NCBI RefSeq assembly: GCF_016127575.1
Contig: NZ_CP066018.1
Coordinates: 2,640,001-2,672,000, forward strand
DNA: 32,000 bases
Reading direction: 5' to 3'
Origin: Cupriavidus necator
GTDB taxonomy: Bacteria > Pseudomonadota > Gammaproteobacteria > Burkholderiales > Burkholderiaceae
Of this stretch, positions 14,747-22,048 are shown one piece after another; within the stretch, counting starts at the first letter, position 1, and every line of letters starts with the position of its first letter. The notes beneath the pieces were generated by a model, which saw only the letters and a list, made by a program, of their open reading frames with translations, was not told the origin of the DNA and ran no database searches. Position numbers and translations under genes: made by a program.

Positions 14747-16798
14747 ATGTCGGGGCATCCGGTGGCCAGTCTCAAAGAACTGATCCGCAAGTTCCAGAAC
14801 GGCGGTCTCTCCGACGACGAGTTTGTTGCGTCGTTCGAAACGGCGCTGGCGCAGGATCCCACCACGCCCAGCCAGGCCGCGCGCGTGGTCATCGAGGAAA
14901 ACACGCGCTTCCCGTTCCCGCCCGCGGTCTATGCCGAAGTCATGCGGCGCATCGAGCGCCGCGGCGCCACGCAGTACGACGGCGCCACCGAGGCCACGCG
15001 CCTGGCCGGCACGCAGACGGGCTCGCTGTATGCGACCTCGCCCGAGCCGGGCACGCTGCCGCAGGCGGCGCATACCAAGGGCGTGGGCGATACGCTGAAC
15101 GGCCGCTTCGTGCTGGAAGAATGCCTGGGCGTGGGCGGCATGGGCACGGTCTACAAGGCGCTCGACCTGCGCAAGCTGGAAGCCTCGGACCGCAAGCCCT
15201 ATATCGCCATCAAGGTGCTGAACCTGCAGTTCAGCGGGCACCCCAAGTCGCTGATGGCGCTGCAGCGCGAGGCGCGCAAGGCGCAGACGCTGGCGCACCG
15301 GAATATCGTCACCGTCTATGACTTCGACCGCGACGGGCCGGTGGTCTTCCTGACCATGGAATACCTGTCAGGCTCTTCGCTCAACCATGTGCTCAAGGCC
15401 CCGGGCTTCACCGGCATGCCGATGGCGCGCGCCATGTCGATCATCAACGGCATGGGCAATGCGCTGGCATACGCGCACGAGCGCGGCTTCGTGCACTGCG
15501 ACTTCAAGCCCGCCAACGTCTTCCTGACCGCCAACGGCGAGGTCAAGGTGATCGACTTCGGCATCGCGCGCGGCTTCCTGCCGCCGGCCGACGAGTCCGA
15601 CCGGACCGTGTTCGATCCCGGCTCGCTGGGTGGCATGACGCCAGCCTACGCCAGCCCGGAGATGTTCGACCATTGCGAGCCCGACCCGCGCGACGACATC
15701 TTTGCGCTGGCCTGCGTGACCTATGAACTGCTGACCGGCAAGCATCCCTACCAGCGGCTCTCGGCCAACCAGGCGCGCGATGCCGGGCTCAAGCCGGCGC
15801 AGCCGCCGCAGTTGAGCCGCACGCAGTGGAAGACCCTGCGCGAGGCGCTGTCGCTCGACCGCGAGACACGCACGCCCACCGTCGCGCGCTTCCTGCATGG
15901 CATGAGCGCGGTGCCGGTGGTGTCCACGCGGCGCCCCTCGCCGCTGATGGCAGGCGGCGCGCTGGCCGTGCTGGCGGGCGTGTCGGCGATCGGCTACTAC
16001 GCCTGGCATTCGCAGCGCCAGGCCGAAGCACCGGCTGGCGATGCGCGCGTCGAGGCCCCGGCTACACCGGTGCCCGCAGCGCCGGTCATCCCGCCCGCAC
16101 CGGCTGCCCGCCCGGCGGTGCTGTCGATGGCCGACGTCACGAAGATGCTGGCCGCGGTGCCGTGCTCGCTGCTCACCGCCACCCAGCAGGCGCAGACGTT
16201 GCGTGTGCGTGGCTTCCTGGCCGAGAGCGTCGGCGCCGTGCGGCTGCGCGAGCAGCTCAGCGCGTTGCCGGGCGTCAAGGAGCTCAAGGGCGTGTCGATC
16301 GACACCCAGCCGCTGGCCGCCGACAAGTGCGACGTGGCCACCCTGATCGCGCCGTACTGGTCGGGCCACCGCGAAGGGGGCACGGCTTCGTCGCTGCGGC
16401 TGCGCGGCCAGGGCACGCAGCTGACCGAAGGGTCACCGCTGGTGCTGGATCTGCGCACGCCGGCGCGCGACTCCTATGTCTATGTCGATTACTTCGCGGC
16501 CGACGGCAAGGTGGCGCACATGGTGCCGAGCGCGCGCGTGCCCGCCCACCAGGCGCCGCCCAGCCATGGCGCCACGGTTGGCGACGGTGGCGACTGGATC
16601 ATCTCCGGGCCGTTCGGCACCGAGCTGGTGGTGTTGCTGACCACGCCCGCGCCGCTGTTCGATGGCCGGCGCGCCGAGGTCGAGCTGCACAAGGACTACC
16701 TGAAGGCACTGGAAAAGCCGCTGGCGCAGATGGCGCGCACCTATGGCCGGGACCGCATCAGCGCGGACCTGGTGCAGATCTCCACGCGCGCGCGCTGA
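14747..16798 (+). CDS. Transmembrane Hanks-type Ser/Thr protein kinase (non-RD) with a periplasmic DUF4384-like C-terminal domain
   Basis: Track ORF 14534..16798 trimmed to ATG 14747 (MSGHPVASLKELIRKF...); GTG 14723 is an alternative. GVGGMGTVYKA, IAIKVL, HCDFKPANVF (HRD->HCD), VIDFGIA, TPAYASPE. TM segment LMAGGALAVLAGVSAIGYYAW. C-terminal SYVYVDYFAADGKVAHMVPS...ELVVLLT resembles DUF4384. Confidence 0.9.
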   Translation: MSGHPVASLKELIRKFQNGGLSDDEFVASFETALAQDPTTPSQAARVVIEENTRFPFPPAVYAEVMRRIERRGATQYDGATEATRLAGTQTGSLYATSPEPGTLPQAAHTKGVGDTLNGRFVLEECLGVGGMGTVYKALDLRKLEASDRKPYIAIKVLNLQFSGHPKSLMALQREARKAQTLAHRNIVTVYDFDRDGPVVFLTMEYLSGSSLNHVLKAPGFTGMPMARAMSIINGMGNALAYAHERGFVHCDFKPANVFLTANGEVKVIDFGIARGFLPPADESDRTVFDPGSLGGMTPAYASPEMFDHCEPDPRDDIFALACVTYELLTGKHPYQRLSANQARDAGLKPAQPPQLSRTQWKTLREALSLDRETRTPTVARFLHGMSAVPVVSTRRPSPLMAGGALAVLAGVSAIGYYAWHSQRQAEAPAGDARVEAPATPVPAAPVIPPAPAARPAVLSMADVTKMLAAVPCSLLTATQQAQTLRVRGFLAESVGAVRLREQLSALPGVKELKGVSIDTQPLAADKCDVATLIAPYWSGHREGGTASSLRLRGQGTQLTEGSPLVLDLRTPARDSYVYVDYFAADGKVAHMVPSARVPAHQAPPSHGATVGDGGDWIISGPFGTELVVLLTTPAPLFDGRRAEVELHKDYLKALEKPLAQMARTYGRDRISADLVQISTRAR

Positions 16799-16843
16799 TT
16801 GCCGCCAGCCGGCCGGCTTGCCGCTTGGCAATTGCGCCAGCCG

Positions 16844-18067
16844 CTACTTCATGTCGCGCGCCACGCGAAAGCCGTTCTGCGACTGCCGCACGCTGGGGCT
16901 GTACTTGAAGCGCGTGGACGACACCATGTAGTTCGCCCCCTCGCGCCAGGAGCCGCCGCGGATCACGCGTGCGCCGCAGGCGTTCTCGTTCCATACGCGC
17001 CCGTCGGCGGGCGCGCCCTTGTATGAGCTGTGCCAGCAATCGGCCACCCATTCCCACACGCTGCCGTTGACGTCGTGCAGGCCGTACGGGTTGGCCGCGA
17101 ATGTCCCGACCGCGGCCGGCGCATCCTGGCTCCATGGGTCGCCGCAGTCCTTGCAGTTGGCATTGCCCTTGCGCATCTGGTCGCCCCACCAGTAGGCACT
17201 GGCGGTGCCGCCGCGCGCTGCGTATTCCCATTCGGCCTCGGTGGGCAGCCGGTAGGACTTGCCGGTGGTCTTGCTGAGCCAGGCCACGTACTGCTGCGCG
17301 TCGTCCCAGCTGACGTCGCGCACCGGCGCGTTCTTCGCGCTGTCGGCGACGGTGGGGACGCGCTGGCAGCCGCCGGCGTCGGCGCAGGCATTCCATTGCT
17401 CGACCGTGACCTCATAGCGGCCGATGGCAAACGGCTGGCCGATGGTGACGTGGTGCGGGGGCTTCTCGGCGGGATCGCTGGCACTGCTGCCCATGGTGAA
17501 GCTGCCCGCCGGCAGGGGGACCAGCACCGGGCAGGCCGGGCAATCGCGGATCTCGCCGGTGCGCAATGTGGCGCTGACCGCGCCGCCCGCCGCCGCGCCC
17601 GGGCGCAGCGATGCCGTTGCCGGTGGCGCAGCAGGTGGCGCAGCAGGTGACGCAGCGGGCGGCGATGCCGGACGCGCTGCCGCGGCCGGTGCCGGCGGCC
17701 GCGTGACCTGGCCCCCGGCAGAGGTGCCGGAGCGGGGCGGCGGTGCGGGCGCCTGGGCCTTGGGTGCGGAGGCGGACGCCGCCAGCCGCTCCAGGCGCGC
17801 CCTGGCCAGCACCGCGAAGCGTCCGTTGGGGTACTGCTTCAGGTAGGCCTCGTAGTCGCCGGCATAATTGCTGTTCTTGATCGATTCCCAGAAGCTCAGC
17901 TCGTACTGCTCCTCGGTGTTCTTGGGCATGATGCCGGCGAGCAGCAGCGGTTCCGTGGCCGCGGGGCCGGCGGCAGCGGCGGCCGCCTGCGCGGGCAGCG
18001 GCGCGGCGGCGAGCATGGCGGCCATGGCGGCCGTGCGTACGACTGGTAGATTGCGCCACATCTTCAC
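16844..18067 (-). CDS. Secreted FGE-sulfatase-fold (SUMF1/EgtB/PvdO family) protein with an N-terminal helical module and a Pro/Ala linker
   Basis: Signal peptide [58 protein letters not shown] module. FGE domain: [76 protein letters not shown]. Confidence 0.85.
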   Translation of the reverse strand: MKMWRNLPVVRTAAMAAMLAAAPLPAQAAAAAAGPAATEPLLLAGIMPKNTEEQYELSFWESIKNSNYAGDYEAYLKQYPNGRFAVLARARLERLAASASAPKAQAPAPPPRSGTSAGGQVTRPPAPAAAARPASPPAASPAAPPAAPPATASLRPGAAAGGAVSATLRTGEIRDCPACPVLVPLPAGSFTMGSSASDPAEKPPHHVTIGQPFAIGRYEVTVEQWNACADAGGCQRVPTVADSAKNAPVRDVSWDDAQQYVAWLSKTTGKSYRLPTEAEWEYAARGGTASAYWWGDQMRKGNANCKDCGDPWSQDAPAAVGTFAANPYGLHDVNGSVWEWVADCWHSSYKGAPADGRVWNENACGARVIRGGSWREGANYMVSSTRFKYSPSVRQSQNGFRVARDMK

Positions 18068-18355
18068 ACCTCGCTGGAGCCGCGGCGATCCCGCTGCATG
18101 CCGGTAGCTGCCGGCACATGCGTCGGGGGCGCATTGTGGTGTTGCCGAGACGTCGACCGGCTTGCTTCAAGATAGCACAGCGCGTGTGTCTCCGGCGGGG
18201 CATTGGCACGCAACCGCGACGCGCCGGGTTCGCTTTTTCCGTGCTTGCGACCTAACCTGAATGACGAATCGCCGAGCGCTGACCAACAAGCAACAAGAAT
18301 GGGCTTTCGGGACAACGTGATCGGGTTTCGGACTGTTATCCGGGAGGCGCCGCGT

Positions 18356-18781
18356 ATGTCCAGACGATTCCTGTTCCGCCTGCTGGCGGTTGCCGCCCTC
18401 GCCGCGGCCCCGTCGCTGTCGCTGTCGACGGCAGCCCCGCCCAATGCCGAGGCCTACATCATCTGGCCGCACGATGGCACGGTCATCAGCGGCGGCAAGT
18501 TCTGGGTGCGCATGGGCCTGCGCAATATGGGCGTGTGCCCCAAGGGCGTCGAGTCGCCGCGCTGCGGGCACCACCACCTGCTGGTCGACACCGAGCTGCC
18601 GCCGCTGGACAAGGAAATCCCTTCGGACAAGAACCACCTGCACTTCGGCGCGGGCGAGACCGACGCGCGCATTGAGTTGCCGCCCGGCAAGCACACGCTG
18701 CAATTGCTGATGGGCGATGCCAAGCACGTGCCGTTCGAGCCGCCGATCTATTCGAAGAAGATCACGATCACGGTGAAATAG
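18356..18781 (+). CDS. Secreted DUF4399-family protein (copy 1)
   Basis: Track ORF trimmed to ATG 18356 (RBS gggagg). Signal peptide MSRRFLFRLLAVAALAAAPSLSLSTA. GHHHLLVD, HLHFGAGETD, LPPGKHTLQLLMGD motifs. Confidence 0.75.
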   Translation: MSRRFLFRLLAVAALAAAPSLSLSTAAPPNAEAYIIWPHDGTVISGGKFWVRMGLRNMGVCPKGVESPRCGHHHLLVDTELPPLDKEIPSDKNHLHFGAGETDARIELPPGKHTLQLLMGDAKHVPFEPPIYSKKITITVK

Positions 18782-18840
18782 CGGTGCAGCGCGCGCCGCG
18801 GAAGCCGAACCTAGGCCGATCAGCAAACAGGGAGAGCACC

Positions 18841-19269
18841 ATGTCCAGACTACTTGCCGCGGCTGTCTTTGCCGCCAGCCTGCTGCTGTCAGCGGTGGTG
18901 CAGGGTGGTTCGACGCCGGCGCCGCCCAACGCCTACCTGTATATCGGCTGGCCCAACGACGGGCAGACGATGCCCGCGGGCAAGCCATTCAAGGTCTGGT
19001 TCGGGTTGCGCAATATGGGGGTGGCGCCAAAGGACGTGAAGTATCCCAATACTGGGCACCATCACCTGCTTGTCGATGTGGACCTGCCGCCGATGGACAA
19101 GGAGATCCCCAATGACCGCAATCACCTGCATTTCGGGGCGGGGGAGACCGAGACCATGATCGAGCTGCCGCCCGGCAAGCATACGCTGCAGCTGCTGATG
19201 GGGGATGACAAGCACATTCCCACCAACCCGCCGGTTTATTCGAAGAGGATCACGATCTACGTGAAGTGA
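18841..19269 (+). CDS. Secreted DUF4399-family protein (copy 2, tandem paralog)
   Basis: Track ORF trimmed to ATG 18841 (RBS gggagag). Signal peptide MSRLLAAAVFAASLLLSAVVQG. Same GHHHLLVD / HLHFGAGETE / LPPGKHTLQLLMGD motifs; roughly two thirds identical to copy 1 by eye. Confidence 0.75.
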   Translation: MSRLLAAAVFAASLLLSAVVQGGSTPAPPNAYLYIGWPNDGQTMPAGKPFKVWFGLRNMGVAPKDVKYPNTGHHHLLVDVDLPPMDKEIPNDRNHLHFGAGETETMIELPPGKHTLQLLMGDDKHIPTNPPVYSKRITIYVK

Positions 19270-19289
19270 TCCGGACCTTGCGGTGACGG

Positions 19290-19314
19290 CGGCGCGCAAT
19301 GCGCCGTTTTTTTT
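19290..19314 (+). terminator. Rho-independent terminator after the DUF4399 pair
   Basis: cggcgc-gcaat-gcgccg followed by T8. Confidence 0.7.
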
Positions 19315-19443
19315 GTGCGCTGGCGCCGCAAGTGTCGGTCGCCATCCAACATCGACGGGCAAGCTGTTGGCTGCGCGCCGCCAGTGCGCGCTGACGCAGG
19401 CTCGCCGCGCCTCCGCCGCCGGCGCTGGCGGCAAGAAAAATTC

Positions 19444-19462
19444 CCCGTGTTTACAGGCACTT
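19444..19462 (+). promoter_or_regulatory. Conserved upstream element of the sigma54 promoter, copy B
   Basis: CCCGTGTTTACAGGCACTT, 30 nt upstream of TGGCAC and preceded by agaaaaatt. It pairs with copy A (14465-14483, minus strand). Confidence 0.35.
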
Positions 19463-19492
19463 CCGTGATCCGCGCGGCCATGGCGCCGGGGC

Positions 19493-19508
19493 TGGCACGC
19501 TCCCTGCG
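19493..19508 (+). promoter_or_regulatory. Sigma54 (-24/-12) promoter of pepB1-pepB2
   Basis: gcTGGCACGCTCCCTGCGAT: TGGCAC-N5-CTGC with GG-N10-GC spacing. The ~69-nt leader to ATG 19588 is highly similar to the pepA1 leader (cctcc.gagcgcgacaccaacccgatgctcga...ccttcctctacc.ggagaccatcATG). Confidence 0.75.
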
Positions 19509-19587
19509 ATTGTCCCTCCTGAGCGCGACACCAACCCGATGCTCGACCAACCACCAAGGTAACACCTTCCTCTACCCGGAGACCATC

Positions 19588-19857
19588 ATGACCACGCTGA
19601 CCATCACCGACCTGACCACCGTCGACACCCTGGACCGCAAGGGCATGCTCGCCGTTCGCGGCGGCCGCACCCTGCTCCCGTTCATGCCGGTGTACCACCC
19701 GCTCAACCTGTCGTTCGACCACAGCATCACCGCCGTGCAGGAAATCGCGCAGATGCAGACCGTCACCAATATGAATGGCAACGGCTCGGCCTTCCTGGAC
19801 CACGTGAAGTCCGACGTGCACACCAACCAGAACGCCACCAACAACATCTACGGCTGA
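19588..19857 (+). CDS. GG-leader peptide precursor (pepB1)
   Basis: Track ORF 19315..19857 trimmed to ATG 19588. MTTLTITDLTTVDTLDRKGMLAVRGG|RTLLPFMPVYHPLNLSFDHSITAVQEIAQMQTVTNMNGNGSAFLDHVKSDVHTNQNATNNIYG. Confidence 0.8.
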   Translation: MTTLTITDLTTVDTLDRKGMLAVRGGRTLLPFMPVYHPLNLSFDHSITAVQEIAQMQTVTNMNGNGSAFLDHVKSDVHTNQNATNNIYG

Positions 19858-19904
19858 GCCCCTGCGCGCCAGCTAGCTGCTTCTTACCGATACCGGAGAC
19901 CATC

Positions 19905-20174
19905 ATGACCACGCTGACCATCAAAGACCTGTCCGCCACCGAAACCCTCGACAGCAAGCGCATGCATGCCGTGCGCGGCGGCCTGTCGTACCTGCCCTTT
20001 GCCGCCGTGTATGCGCCGATCAAGCTCGCGTTCGACAGCAGCATCACCGCCAAGCAGGAAATCGCGCAGTTGCAGTCCGTGACCAACCTGAACGGCAATG
20101 GCTCGGCCTTCCTCGACCATGTCCGTTCGCATGTGGATACCAACCAGAACGCCAGCAACAATATCTATCGTTGA
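19905..20174 (+). CDS. GG-leader peptide precursor (pepB2)
   Basis: MTTLTIKDLSATETLDSKRMHAVRGG|LSYLPFAAVYAPIKLAFDSSITAKQEIAQLQSVTNLNGNGSAFLDHVRSHVDTNQNASNNIYR. Confidence 0.8.
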   Translation: MTTLTIKDLSATETLDSKRMHAVRGGLSYLPFAAVYAPIKLAFDSSITAKQEIAQLQSVTNLNGNGSAFLDHVRSHVDTNQNASNNIYR

Positions 20175-20194
20175 GAAGCTTGTTGAGATGGCGC

Positions 20195-20229
20195 AGCGCC
20201 GCGGGGGCGTCCCCGCGGCGCTTTTGTTG
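20195..20229 (+). terminator. Rho-independent terminator/attenuator between pepB2 and the NodT gene
   Basis: agcgccgcgggg-gcgt-ccccgcggcgct followed by tttgttg. Confidence 0.6.
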
Positions 20230-20358
20230 AGCCCTTGCATATCGGGGTTGGAGCGCGCGCCAGCGCGCACCACAATACAGACAGACTTCGCGGCCCCGGC
20301 ATGCCTTGGGGTATCTCCAGCGCATCCCGCCCGCCGCCGTCGCACGCAGGAACCCATC

Positions 20359-21822
20359 GTGCCTGAATCCATCACTGCCTCGCCCGCGGTTGCGTCAACC
20401 GCCGCGCCGCACCGTACCGCCTGGCTGGCCGCGCTGGCCGCCTGCGCGGCATTGCTGGCAGGCTGCGCCGATTTCCGGCCGCCGGTGTACCAGCGCCCGG
20501 AAACCCCGGCCAAGGCCGAATGGACGCGCCAGGAATCGATCACGGTATCGCCGGCCGAAACGGTGCAGCCCAACTGGTGGCTGGGCTTCAAGGATCCTTA
20601 CCTGAACAGGCTGATCGACCAGGCGCTTTACGGCAACTACGACATCAAGGTGCTGGCGGCGCGCATCCGCGTGGCCAACGCGCAGATCGGCGAGGCCCGT
20701 GCCGGCGGGCTGCCGGTGATCGATATCGGCGCCGGTGCGAGCTTCGAGAAGAGCACCGGGCAGAAGTCCACCTGGACCTATAACGCCGGCGCCCAGCTGA
20801 ACTGGGACATCGACATCTGGGGCAAGGTCGAGAAGGGCGTGCAGGCGCAGACCGCCGAGTTCCGCGCCACCGAGGCCGACTGGCGCGCCGGCTACCTGAC
20901 GCTGGTGTCCAATGTATCGACCACTTACTTCCAGATCCTGCAGTTCGACGAGCAGATCGAGCAGCAGGCGCGCACCGTGGCCAAGAACGGGCAGATCCTG
21001 TCGACCTACCAGGCCATGTACCAGAACGGCCTGGTGCCAAAGATCCGGGTGATGCAGCAGCAGGCGGAAATCAACCGCCTGAACAAGGACCTGCTGGAGC
21101 TGCGCCGTTCGCGCGATGTGGCTGAAAACGCGCTGGCCACGCTGGTCGGTGTGCCCGCGGGCAATCTCAAGGTGCCGGCGGGGCGCCTGCAGGACCGCGT
21201 GCAGCCGCCCGCGGTGCCGGCCGGGCTGCCGTCGCAACTGCTGGCGCGCCGCCCGGACGTGGTGGCGGCGGAATACCGCGTGCTGGCCGCGTACAACATC
21301 GTTGGCCAGGCCCGTTTGGCGCAGTTGCCCACCATCAGCCTGACCGCGCGCGGCGGCACCGCCAGCTTTGCGCTGAGCGACCTGCTCAAGTCATTCACCT
21401 TCGGCTTCATGCCCAGCATCAACCTGCCGATGCTCGACCCGAGCGTGCGCGCGCGCGTGAAGACCACCGAGGCGCAGGTGGGCGTGGCGGAAAACGAATA
21501 TGGCCGCACCGTGATGACCGCGTTCGAAGAGGTGGAGAGCGCACTGGTCAATGTCGACGCGCACAAGAAGCAGCGCATCGAGCTGCAGCAGCAGGTTGAG
21601 CAGCTGCGCGTCGTGTCCGCGCAGATCGAGGCGCAACTGAAGGAGGGCGTGGTCTCGCAGCTGGAAGTGTTCGAGACCGAGCGCTCGCTGCTGGCCGCGC
21701 AACTGCAGTTGTTGGCGGTCCACCAACAGATCCTGGCCGACACCGTCACCCTGTACAAGGCGCTTGGCGGTGGCTGGCCCGATACCGACGTGCGCAACGC
21801 GGCGTCGAATCCGCCGCAGTAA
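20359..21822 (+). CDS. NodT-family (OprM/TolC-like) outer-membrane efflux lipoprotein
   Basis: Track ORF trimmed to GTG 20359 (aggaa RBS 5 nt upstream). Lipobox LLAGC|ADF. WWLGFKDPYLNRLIDQALYGNYDIKVLAARI is the typical NodT N-terminus. Two OEP repeats; ends LYKALGGGW. Confidence 0.85.
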   Translation: MPESITASPAVASTAAPHRTAWLAALAACAALLAGCADFRPPVYQRPETPAKAEWTRQESITVSPAETVQPNWWLGFKDPYLNRLIDQALYGNYDIKVLAARIRVANAQIGEARAGGLPVIDIGAGASFEKSTGQKSTWTYNAGAQLNWDIDIWGKVEKGVQAQTAEFRATEADWRAGYLTLVSNVSTTYFQILQFDEQIEQQARTVAKNGQILSTYQAMYQNGLVPKIRVMQQQAEINRLNKDLLELRRSRDVAENALATLVGVPAGNLKVPAGRLQDRVQPPAVPAGLPSQLLARRPDVVAAEYRVLAAYNIVGQARLAQLPTISLTARGGTASFALSDLLKSFTFGFMPSINLPMLDPSVRARVKTTEAQVGVAENEYGRTVMTAFEEVESALVNVDAHKKQRIELQQQVEQLRVVSAQIEAQLKEGVVSQLEVFETERSLLAAQLQLLAVHQQILADTVTLYKALGGGWPDTDVRNAASNPPQ

Positions 21823-21956
21823 GTGCTGCCAACGGTGCTGTAGGGCGGTTCAGGTGATGCCGGCGCCTGCAACGCGTTGCGCAACGCGCCCATAGCCCTG
21901 GCCACTGCCCCGCTGCATGTGCCGCTGCCGCGCCAACCGCGCGTTCCGCGTCCCGA

Positions 21957-21984
21957 TTGACTAGCCTTTGCCGTCGCCTACTAT
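21957..21984 (+). promoter_or_regulatory. Candidate sigma70 promoter (TTGACT-16 nt-TACTAT) of the FHA-HlyD-PPIase-ABC-EBP operon
   Basis: gaTTGACTagcctttgccgtcgccTACTATgttc, ~65 nt upstream of ATG 22049. Confidence 0.4.
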
Positions 21985-22048
21985 GTTCTTAGTCGCTTCA
22001 TCCCCTGGCCTGCCGCCGCGGCAGCCGCGCTGTTGGCTTGCTGGAAAC

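Noticed and set aside
18204-18218. TGGCACGCAACCGCG upstream of the first DUF4399 gene: a perfect -24 half-site.
   Set aside because: The -12 region places GC one nucleotide too close (GG-N9-GC) and lacks TTGC/CTGC. Sigma54 spacing is strict, so this is probably not a functional promoter.
21894-21912. CCCTGGCCACTGCCCCGCTGC before the FHA operon and the similar CCCTGGCCACTGCTGGCGCG (minus strand, ~13722-13741) before pepA3, as possible extra sigma54 promoters or a shared motif.
   Set aside because: The -24 element is TGGCCA, not TGGCAC. The -12 position is CCGC in the first and not GC at correct spacing in the second. The shared 13-mer could be chance in GC-rich DNA. A PWM scan would settle it.
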